DNA of 64,000 bases, taken from NCBI RefSeq assembly GCF_902652985.1, contig NC_047030.1:4898001-4962000 (forward strand), read 5' to 3'. The translations under genes and the position numbers were made by a program. Numbering within the stretch: the first letter of the stretch is position 1; the number at the start of each line of letters is the position of its first letter. Of the stretch, positions 1 to 10,945 are shown one piece after another. The notes under the pieces are model-generated. The model was not told where the DNA came from. It was given only the letters and a program-made list of their open reading frames with translations, and did no database searches. This DNA is from Pecten maximus. Taxonomy: Eukaryota.

Positions 1-794
1 TAGAAAACAAATAAAAACAAACCTGAGGTTGTCACCGAAGCGTTTCACCTAGAGTCGTCCAATTGTATGACGACGAATCCAGGGTGAAGATTACGGTGAT
101 AAAGAAATGTTTATACAATATTGGTACATTAACTTTACCGTAAGTAATGTTAGGTTGGCGTGTAGGTTAATCAACATTGCAAGTATTCAGATAAAATTAA
201 TAATTGCGTATCTGGAATTATTATAATCTTGATGCAATTACGTGTTTGACTATAAATGATGCCATAATGTTACAGATTCGTAAAGTTGGTGTTTTTGTAC
301 TGGTCTATACAATTTTAAAGCTAACAATTCGTATAGGTCAGTATACTGATATCTAGAGTGACAAACTGACGGCAAGATTTGTTTACCCAGGTCCCAACTA
401 GTCGAAGTCCTATCTGTTTTCAAAAACATCCGACTGTATACAGTTGCAGTTCCCTTGAAATGTTATAATTTTACATGGATCAATTGAAAATCATACTCAC
501 ATACTAGTAGTCAGAACTTAATACAAAAGTTAGTCTTAATTTACTAAGTCTTTACCACCTGATACATTTAATCATAATTCAGTTCTAAAATCTCTTTTCG
601 ATAGAAAATTATTTCCATCGTATTAATTTACCTGTTTTGGAAAGCAGACTCATTAATTTGTGATCCACTATCTTTTTAATGCAAAATGTGATAATTTTCA
701 AAATAATCAGCTGATATTTGCAGTCATTTTAAACTATAGAAAGGATTACTACAATCGCGAAACGGGCTGTAAAAGGAAAAGTGATTAATAAATA

Positions 795-900
795 ATGTTG
801 CTTAGCGCTCAGCATTTTGATCAGCATAATGTGATTGGGTAGGATGTCCTACTGCCTGTCTCCGGTAGTATGCTTCAGTGAGATAGCCATATAAAGTAGG
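795..900 (+). mobile_element. Meta-type SINE central fragment
   Basis: ATAATGTG...TGCTTCAGTGAGATAGC resembles the recalled MetaSINE core; degenerate. Confidence 0.4.
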
Positions 901-1354
901 TATCATTTTTGAACGGAAGCCTGCTAGTGTTATCTATTTTATCTGGCGGCCGCCACTCATCTGTCTGTTTTTATCTACCCGTCGCTAGTTGTATAACGAC
1001 ACGATTTTGTATGTTCCCATTGACTGGGTTGGTGATTGAAAATTGAATAACTATAATATATATTGCGCATACAAGAGTTGAATTTATTGTGCTTCATAGA
1101 CAAAATATAATATTGTACATTGTAACTAGACATGCAGGAACTATTTACATTAAAACGTTTATACGAAAGTCTCGACAGGTCTATTATGTATTGCATTCCC
1201 GTCCTTTAGTTCTTTCGTCTGTCTTTCCGTCAGTTTACTCGTCTATGAACAATTATAATGTTTTAAATATTCGCAATCAGCACTTTACAGTAGCAAACGC
1301 TATATTTGAACTGCTAGATATTTAACCGCCACATAATTAAGCAGTGTCAGCCAG

Positions 1355-1530
1355 ATAAGATATTTCCATTGGTGGCACTAGCAGGCTTCCGTAGTTTGGC
1401 GATATCACAAGGAGACAAACATGAACATATCGCTGCCTCCCAACACACACAAACTCATCACATGTATACATCTCGTACACGGGGAAGCCGTCCTTAAGTG
1501 ACGAAAGCTTTTGATAGGACGTTAAACAAT
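1355..1530 (+). mobile_element. SINE 3' half with tail GTCCTTAAGTGAC...ATAGGACGTTAAAC
   Basis: Tail shared with the SINE at 16405-16620 and with tail fragments near 5715 and 62855. Confidence 0.55.
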
Positions 1531-2239
1531 ACATCTATATATTTTGAATGTTGTATTAACTTAACAGCAGAATTTGACATTTTCCTGAGGGTATTCACTT
1601 TAAATTAAAGCTTTGCTTTACAACTAGATTACACGTATTTTGTAAGTTCATAGATCTTTCGAGATCATTGCTCTTTGCTGGACACTACTGGTGAAATTTT
1701 AATCACCAAGATTTATTCTTCCTGCATTACTTTCAGCTTGGGGCCAAAATGAGTTCGACTGGTTAGGCCGTTGTCAGTATGAGATTCCCGTGTACTGGCA
1801 CTAAAGGCGTCCGTCAGTATTCATGTCATCCACGAGAACATCAAGAGCTCTTGGACTACCTGATGTTTGGTACGAAATCGAAAAACTCAAATTATTCTTT
1901 TGAATTCGTCTGGAAAACCCCGTTTCTTAATCGAGTATGTATCTTTATATTATAGAAGTATATTTTCTGTAGGACAAGTTTTATTAAGGATATATCAGAT
2001 ACCGTGTTAAAATTTGGAATGCACTCGTTCTTTCTTGAATTCGTTCTTCCGTCTATGATATGCAGATCACGACAGTAGAAGCTCTTTGTCAGGAACGCTA
2101 CAGAGCAATACTACTTCAATGAATGGTGCGTTCAATGTTAGAACAATAAGCTACTTAATCACTACATGTGCATACATCCATATATAGACCCAAATCCTCT
2201 ATGGGAATTGAGCTTGAAACATCCAAAACTAACATTGAC

Positions 2240-2420
2240 AATTGCCGAACTAGAGAAACTCTCATATAGGACAGAAGCTGAGAATGTAAACTGTAAATGA
2301 TGTAAAAATACAGACAACATAGCAAAGCATTTTCTTATGCAATGTCCATCATTATTCAGCAGTAGGGATAAGATTTTAGAATGTTGTAAATATGTTAAAT
2401 GTCAATGATTATGTTAAATT
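2240..2420 (+). mobile_element. Decayed non-LTR retrotransposon ORF2 C-terminus
   Basis: Broken frames give C..C...HFLMQCP, typical of a LINE terminal CCHC region. Confidence 0.35.
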
Positions 2421-2814
2421 TGATTTGTTGGAGGAAGACGGTTAGTATTTGTTTCTGTTAGGTAGTAGAATGGTAATAGATTTAGATGACGATGAATGGG
2501 AGAACTGCATCATCGGCGTTGCACGCTGTGTAGAGCACAAGTTGTTGGAAGTCAACATGCTTCTTGAGAAGTAAATCTCAATGCCAGAGAGGTCGATGCA
2601 GTATGTAAATAATCTGCAGTGTTTATAACAAACAATATGACTTCAATACACTATGTTTTCTGTAGTTTGGACACGAGTTCATCATTGTAACAGTTTATTA
2701 GTTAATTGATGTAAGACATAAAATCTCTATATTGAGGAAAAAAGAATCTGTCAGTCTATCTGACAATATTTTCCTGAGGGAGTATGTTATAGCCTTGCTA
2801 GACAACAAAATGCA

Positions 2815-2990
2815 TTTTAGTCCCCTGCCGTTTGAAAAACGGGGAACTATAGGTTTACCATCCGTCCGTCCGTCTATTTGTCTGTCCGTCTGTCTGTCTG
2901 TCGCGCAACAGTTGTTCGGACAACTCCATCTAAAGTGCTACTCCGATTTAACGAAACTTGGTAAACATTATCAGTATAACATGTAACCTG
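2815..2990 (-). mobile_element. HINE/Helentron-like element end with hairpin and (TCCG/TCTG)n microsatellite
   Basis: TTTTAGTCCCCTGCCG...CGGGGAACTAT hairpin followed by CCGT/CTGT repeats. Confidence 0.6.
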
Positions 2991-3434
2991 TAGTTAAAAA
3001 AATGGGAAATAAATAGGTGCACTCCTAGGTCAGGCAGGGGAATTTGTATTGTTGTTGCAATACTATCCATCCTTGTTTAAGTTTATTGATCTTTCGAGAT
3101 CATTGCTCGATGGTGAACAGTGCTGGTGAAATTTTAGTCACCAAGATTTGCTTTTCCTGCATTACTTTCAGCTTGGGGCTTCGACTGGTAAGATCGTTGT
3201 CAGTATGTGATTCCCAGGTGCTTACACTAAAGTCGCCCGTCAGTAGTCGTGAACAACTTTCCTCGTAAAAGCAATTAAGTCTATATAATTTTCTTAATTT
3301 CATACATTCGTCAAATTGATGGATATCATGGTATGGCGTTGCAAGGGGTCAGTCGAAGTGGACTCTCTCTTCTTGACTCTTCCTTGTTATAATTGACAAA
3401 ATTTTGAAGAAACCTTCCATGACTAGTGTGAATT

Positions 3435-5220
3435 GTTTAGTCCCCATCCCCCATTGAGCCAGCGGCGTCGGCAAAAAGGTGTTACATTGACTTAAATTTC
3501 AAAAAGTATCTTCTGGATTGAGCCAGCGGGGTCGGCAAAAAGGTGTTACATTGACTGAAATTTCAAAAAGTATCTTCTCGAGTTCCAGATATGTCGAATC
3601 GGTACTTTTCACAGACTGACGAGCCTTCGGGTGCTTTACCAAAATTGTGACTTTCATGACACTGGTTTCACGTTTGCCCTTGGGGAGGGGGTAAACTTTA
3701 CTATTGTCTATATCGGGAAATCACATTTTTGAGCATCACATGTTAATTTCTATTGAAAATGGTTCAAACTTGGATGGAATTATAAGTATATGGGATGGCA
3801 GTTTGATGACATGCACATGTGTATCAATAGCACGGATTGACCCCAAGGGTTGAAGGTTGGGCCAAAAAGGATCAAACTGACTGCAGTTTCAAAAGTCTTC
3901 TACTTAATACCAATATATGGTAGAATCCAATAGTCTTGATAGATGGGACTATTATGAATTTATTTCCCTAGGGAATCAAGTTTCACTCTGGGGAGGGGAT
4001 CAACTTTATGGGGGGAAAATATGAGATGGCAGTTTCATAGTATGCACATAATGACCTTTACTGAACCCTGTGGGTCAATATAGGCAGTCAAAATGGGTCA
4101 AAGTGACTAAAATTTCAAAAATCTCATCCTTGATATGCAGATATCTACATGTATATATCAGAGCTAGGATGACCCTTTAGGTTCCAGGGGTGTCGCCTTT
4201 TCATATAGGTATCACTATGTCGGCGGCGGCGGCGGTGTCCGCACAATGGTTTCCGTGCGATAACTTGAGTTCCCTTCGGCCAATCAAACTCAAACTTCAT
4301 ACAGTGCTTCCTTACCAAAAATGCTTGCTTGGAATTACTTTTTCAGGTTTGAAGGTCAAAGGTCAAGTTCATTGTTACTATTAATAGCAAATTGGTTTTC
4401 CTGGATAGCTCGAGTTCCCATAGGCCAATCAAACTCAAATTTCATACAGTGCTTCCTTACCAAAAGGGCTTTCTTGGGGTTGCTTTTCAGGTTTAAAGAT
4501 CGAAGGTCAAGGTCATTCTTACTATTTATAGAAAACTGGTTTACATGCGATAACTTGAGTTCCCATGGGTCAATCAAACTCAATCTTTGTATAGTGCTTC
4601 ATTATCAAAAGTGCTCGCTTAGGATTGCTTATCATGTTCAAAGGTCAAAGGTCAAAGTCACTTGCAATTAATAGAAAAAAAAAAGATTTCCATGCAATAA
4701 CTTCAGTTCCCTCTGGAAAACTCAAACTTTTATGTGCTTCCTTATCAAAACTGTTTGCTTCGGATTGCTTTTCAGGTTTGAAGGTCAAAGGTCAAGGTCA
4801 CTGTTACTATAAATAGAAAATTTGTTTCCTTATGATAACTCGAGTTTTCCTTCGCCAATCAGGCTCAAACTTCATATAGTGCTTCCTTACCAAAGGTCAA
4901 GGTCATTGTTACTATATATAGAAAATATGTTTGCTTGCGATAACTTATGTTTCCTTGGGCCAATCCAACTCAAACTTTGTAGAGTGCTCCCTTATCACAA
5001 TTACTTGCTTTCTTTTCAGGTTCGAAGGTCATGGTCATTGTAAATAAATAGAAAATCTGTCCAGTTCCCTTTGGGTCAATCAACCTAAAACTTCATATAG
5101 TGCTTACTGGTTTCTGTATGAAAACCACCTAAATTTTGCATGAAACTTGTATTGATTTGCGGAGCAGATCAGTTTGATCGCTGCACAGGCGACACATCCA
5201 CTTCCTTGGAATTCTTATTT
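3435..5220 (-). mobile_element. Cluster of HINE-like elements with internal tandem repeats of about 140 bp (TCAAACTTCATA.AGTGCTTCCTTA..AAA / AAGGTCAAAGGTCAAGGTCA)
   Basis: About 6 diverged internal units at 4245-5105; (CGG)n at 4220; a 62-bp tandem duplication at about 3453-3577. Confidence 0.6.
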
Positions 5221-6614
5221 GAATTAATTTTGCCTAGCTGAATGTCAACTCTCTCCCAATTTTATATTCATTTCGATGAAGCTAATTATGTCTTTATTTT
5301 GACATTGAATAGTATTTTCATCACATTTGCTTCAATTTTTTTTTTTTTCAGAAATTTAATTTTGTCCAAAGATATCTTTTTCAAATTTTTGATCAACATT
5401 TATTTGCAAGAATCTAAGTGCCCTCTCATCTCGATTTAGAAATGGCCCACAGTGTATCCAGATGGCTACTTTTATCTGCCGCTTCAACGGATTGCTATGC
5501 CTGTCCAATACTAGCTGAGGGAGCACATAGACTCTCATACATATATGACCTGGTATTAGGATAGCAGTATCGAGACATTTCTGTCCAATTACAATACAAC
5601 AGCATGGCCAAAATCAACATTGATCTTCGAATCTCAAAAACAACGTTTTACACCTTTGTGCACATGCTGCCCTGGTAATTTGTCTGATGAAGGTGACGTG
5701 TACATACATGTACCTAATAGGACATTAAACAAAATAAACCAAACCAAACTAGTCATTGAAATGTCGCATATGAACGTTTTATTGGCTGTGTAACAAAATC
5801 CTTACACAAGCCATACTTTCCAACCCGAAGGAAATGTTTAGAGAGATCTAAGGATGTATTAACTGATGCGATGTTCACTTTTGGGCTTGAAGGGCAGGGC
5901 CCAAAAGAGGGAAATAGGGGAAAATAAATTAAAACCCTACTAGTCCTGAATAACTGAATGCATTTTTATGAAATTTGGTCTGGAGCATGATTGGGTAAAG
6001 AAAATTTCATGTTGTATAAACAAAGGATGTTGCAGACTTGAGGCGGGAGGCATGCCCAATAATGGAAATATAGCAAAAAAAAAATCCACTTCAAGATCCT
6101 CTTTTTTTCAAGAATGACACAATATTTGGTCCACTTATAACCTGAACCATTGTTGGGAAAGGCAGGAAAATATTTGAAATATCCAGATGAACAATGTAGG
6201 CCCTATGGGCCTCTTGATGGAACTTTTCTTTACATAATTGGTATCTAAATTTGATTATTTTCCTGTTAATATATTCCTTATTTTATGCAGTTAGATACAT
6301 GAATGCATGTCACTTTATTTAAATCTGGCCAGAGACAAATACCTATACATATAACGAGAGAGGAAAACAAGCAATTTTGTAAAACAAATCCTCTTTTTTT
6401 ATGTTGGTTACAAAAAATATATTCCAAAATAAGTCTAAAACATTGCATCTATAAAGCATACAACTGTCTCCCATACATAATAATGTAGATGATTGTGCAA
6501 TTAATACATTCTGGAAGAAAAATTAGGAATGGTATCACATAAAAATCTGAGCAATTTTTTAACCATCTGAGCCAAGCCATCTTTATGTGTAATATACTTT
6601 AATTGTATAATGTA

Positions 6615-7140
6615 CGAGGGATGATTGATATGTTGTGAGCCTCGTATTGAAGGAGGTACTCAAGGATGTTCTTTTTTAAGTAGAACTATTTTCTGACTAT
6701 ATATAGGGCTGTGTACCCAAGGACTGGTCTCATTTGGTTAATTTATATCGACGAGGTAGCACTCTAAAGTAAATAAGACAAGCAGCTTTTGCAAAATGGA
6801 TAAAATCGGTTAGGGTTAGGGTGAAAGAGTCTGTCATTGCCATGGCTGCCATTCACGATTGTGGCTTTAAATTGATCGAGCATCTGCCTTATTCATCTCA
6901 TCTCGCTCCATCAGACTTTCATCTATTTCCAAAACTGTAAAAGCTATTTCAGGCACCCTAACCCTAATACAGTGGATGACTTTCTGAATAGCCAAGAAAA
7001 GGAGTTCTATAAATGTGACATTGAGGCCCTTAAACACTGCTGGCAAAAGTGTATAGATACTGAAGGAGATTATGTTGAAAAATAACACAATATGTCCATC
7101 AAAATTCAAATCCTTCAATATCGAGGCTCACAAGCCCTCG
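6615..7140 (+). mobile_element. Non-autonomous mariner (Tc1/mariner) internal-deletion derivative, copy 1
   Basis: TA target sites; TIR CGAGGG.TGATTGATA.GTTGTGAGCCTCGTATTGAAGGA; relic transposase start MDKI and C-terminus ([12 protein letters not shown]...[14 protein letters not shown]). Confidence 0.9.
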
Positions 7141-7471
7141 TACATGATATGGCGAAATTGTATGAAACTTTCAATATAATCTGTATATATATATATATAT
7201 ATATAAACTACACTTCACTGTATAAAGGTCCCTATGTAATCAAAAACTTGTAACCAAACCATCCCAATTCTTCTAGTGGTCCTGCCATACCCATGTTATT
7301 TTTGAAAGACATGCAATGTAGCATTTCCAAATTTTTACACAAATTGGTGTTTGGTTCCACAAATCCTAAAAGAGTTCATCAATGGAAACCCATGGTTTAT
7401 TGCATTACACTACACTCTGTGGGTATCCATCTAAAAAAAGTTTGTCACAATTTGCAAGTTATGTATCAACA

Positions 7472-7710
7472 CATTGTATATTATACACTACGTATTGTAA
7501 AAATAACAAACGCATTGTATATTATACACTACGTATTGTAAAAATAACAAACGCATTGTATATTATACACTACGTATTGTAAAAATAACAAACGCATTGT
7601 ATATTATACACTACGTATTGTAAAAATAACAAACGCATTGTATATTATACACTACGTATTGTAAAAATAACAAACGCATTGTATATTATACACTACGTAT
7701 TGTAAAAATA
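7472..7710. repeat. 41-bp minisatellite, about 6 copies
   Basis: Unit CATTGTATATTATACACTACGTATTGTAAAAATAACAAACG. Confidence 0.95.
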
Positions 7711-8180
7711 AAAATGTGCACTGATTGTATGATTACTAAAAGTAGAACCTTCTTGATCTTTCTTAAAAATCCTTAATGATACTAGCCATATTTATATTCC
7801 ATTTCCTTTACTATTGTAAATACGTGTCTAGTAGATATTTCAAACATCTCTCCTAAATGGCAATGACAGGCAATGACATACTGTATATAACTGTAGTTTA
7901 CGTGATAATTATTTTGTAATACACATGTATATCATAGGTTACTGAAATAATATCACATAATCTACTTCACACAAATCTTACATCTTGTGCGTTATACATG
8001 ATATGACAATGATACATTAGATGTTCATAGACTCTGTTTGATATTATGATAGACTCAGAAAACTAAAACTGTAAAAACAACAATCTAATATGCATCACAG
8101 AAAAGTCTCTTGTCATGCTCAGAGTATTTGTTATGACATATACTTGGTATAAAAGAAGCGGCAAAAATACATTCCTGCTG

Positions 8181-8250
8181 AGTGCCCAGAGGGAATCGAA
8201 CCCAGGTCTCTGGCGAGATAATCCCCGACTCTACCTAATGAGTCAAAGAA
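8181..8250 (-). mobile_element. tRNA-derived SINE head relic
   Basis: A-box-like TGACTCATTAGG and B-box GGTTCGATTCC; no proper cloverleaf. Confidence 0.4.
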
Positions 8251-10252
8251 GCATGTTCTATCAGGTGAGTGATAGGGACCATATTTAACACTAGGTACAT
8301 CAGTAAATACACTATTGAGACATAGTATAAAATGATGTCACACTATTTACATATGGTCATTTATTCAATGGTGAAAAACATGGATTTCCTAAATTCCTCA
8401 ATATATCCCAGGAATGAAAGGAAGCATGAATAATACATTGGAAGCATGTTTCTTCCATCATATATGATAAATAGTCTCTAACACTTATGCTCATGTAATA
8501 TTGAATTTATCAATATCTAGTTTATGTATGAATTTTGTATGAAATTAAGAAACTTTTCAATAAATTTAATATTACTTGAATATGAGTGTTAGATGTGTTG
8601 TAATAACATATATACAAATTTATATTAAAAATGTTCATTTAAAATAAAGAATTGCTTGCTAACATAATAGAATAACTAATTGGTCCCGCAACAAATTTTG
8701 TAAAAACATTTATCAAAGGACAATAACTCTTCATATAGCAGACATACATAGGCCAAAGGTCACTTGATTCTAAAGCTGTAATGTTTGCAAATGTTCAGGC
8801 TTGACATGAAAGTCAAATAAACTAACACCAATATGAAATGTTTGACAAAAAATATTCCTTGCATCTGAAGTTTAAAAATTTAATTGTTTTAACATAAAAG
8901 TTTAAAACAATCTTTTCAAAGATGGACAAAATTGTCTAATTAAGCCAGAAGGAATTCTTATTTTCAAACATACACATACCGTATTATGTGTAAAAAACAC
9001 TTAACACATCAAGTGGTTAAACTGCTGTGTTGCCACAGAGAGAAGATCTATACATTGATCAGAATAAAGTTTATCCAGAACTTTGGTATGAAAATAAAAC
9101 AAAGTGTCAACACACTTTCTGCATTGTAGGTAAAAACATGTTTCCTTATAAATATATATGGCACTTTAACATACAACTTCAACTTTTGTTCAATTCATAA
9201 ATAACTGTATAGTTAATATTATTTTCAGAGGATTTAAAGCACAAAAATAATACTCTGTGAATATTTATACCAGGCATATAGTGTTCCCTGCATAATGTCA
9301 ATGGACAAGGTCAGAATGAAAATTAAACCACAAAATATTCAACCTTGTACAACCTAACAACTATACTATTGATGTTTAGAACTTTTAGAGTATAAAATGT
9401 ATACAAAGGTGTATATACATCATGGACAAAGTTAAACAACTATGGATCAGACAGCAAATCTGTAACTGTTGTTGGCTTCTGGACCACAAGGAATACAGGG
9501 ACATGCATGCAGATTGTTCAATGTTGAATCAATATATATATATGGCATTGCATTTTAGAGAATGACTTAAATATTATCCCTATAAGTACAATTAACCAAA
9601 ATTGAAATTTTTTTTTACATGTGCAGTCCATTTTCCTGGTGATCAATCATTTGAAGTCTGGGGCTAATGATATTGTAGACCATAAAAATTTTGTCATTTC
9701 AGACATTAAAGTGGATATTATAGGTCAGTATCCAAAACAGTACCTGCAGTTCTGAAGGATAGTGGAATTAAATTTCTATTTAGCCTAGCGGTACGGTTTT
9801 CAGATACCCCCCGAAAGACTCCCAGATTGGGCACGAAACACACTTGTATTCCATTACCCTATTCTACATTACAGATTTGGTGAGAATGACCAGTACTCCA
9901 AATTAAAGCTTACTCCAAATTAAAGCTTGAGAAGACCGAGAGGTTTCCTTTCAAGAGTAGGGCACACCATCATATGGTTTTGTATACATGCTAAAGTTTT
10001 ATTTTAAGGATTATTGTAAAAGTGGTCACCTGACTACGGCTAGCAGGTATTTTTCTTTTAACTAGTGGAAGGATGTCCTTTTAGGGAGCAAGTGTTCTGT
10101 AATTTGAGCCCCAGCAGGGGGCAGGGTACTTGTCATTACTCATTTACATTTAAATTTTAATATAGATGTGTAATATTGACACACAGCATATTTATTTTGA
10201 AGTTAATCAATCCCTGCACCAGTAACTATATATTAATTAATATATAAAACAA

Positions 10253-10945
10253 CTAATTTTTTTCCCAATCTAATACAGGTATAGCTGTATTACAATTTCC
10301 ATGATAGATATTGATATGACCTTCACATTTGAAATAGAGGTCAAACACATCCTCGTAACCTTTGTCCCTCCACCAATCACAGAGCTGTCTGTTCCAAGTA
10401 CAGGGTAGAATGTAAAATAAGTTTTCATGTACCATGGAAACCAAAGAGAAAAAGTCTTGATCACCAAGGTGACCTTGGAATGAATATTCAGTGGTTAGCG
10501 ACTTCACTGAGGATGCAGTCAGTAAAGAGTTATAACGACCTGAAGATCTCATCTTGTCCAAGTCTAAAAGTAACACACCACTATTAAAACCAGTGAGACC
10601 ATTTGGTGGAGGGTCTCCGACACGAGTACCACGATGTTTTGTCCTATACAGAGAAAAAGTGTGGCGATATACTGGTTGGTTCTCACGGGCAATGGCCATT
10701 ACATTATCGTCAGAAAATTTGTAAAATTCTTCATAAAGTTTTACAATATCTGCATTGAATTTAAGATCTGCATCCAACATGATGACCTTGGTGATAGTGA
10801 GAGGGAGGACTTTATGGAGAGCCATGGAGAGGAAAAAGAGGGCATCACTGTAGTAGGCTTCAGGACTGTAACTAAAATACGGCTGCATCTCTTTCACAAT
10901 TTCGTGTAACTCCTTCGCAAGGTGTTCCACATCCAATGACACCAT
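10253..10945 (-). CDS. XXYLT1: XXYLT1 coding exon 2 (GT8 catalytic domain to stop)
   Basis: Acceptor TTTATTGATACAG; 693 nt MVSLDVEHL...DWEKN*. Confidence 0.93.
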   Translation of the reverse strand: MVSLDVEHLAKELHEIVKEMQPYFSYSPEAYYSDALFFLSMALHKVLPLTITKVIMLDADLKFNADIVKLYEEFYKFSDDNVMAIARENQPVYRHTFSLYRTKHRGTRVGDPPPNGLTGFNSGVLLLDLDKMRSSGRYNSLLTASSVKSLTTEYSFQGHLGDQDFFSLVSMVHENLFYILPCTWNRQLCDWWRDKGYEDVFDLYFKCEGHINIYHGNCNTAIPVLDWEKN

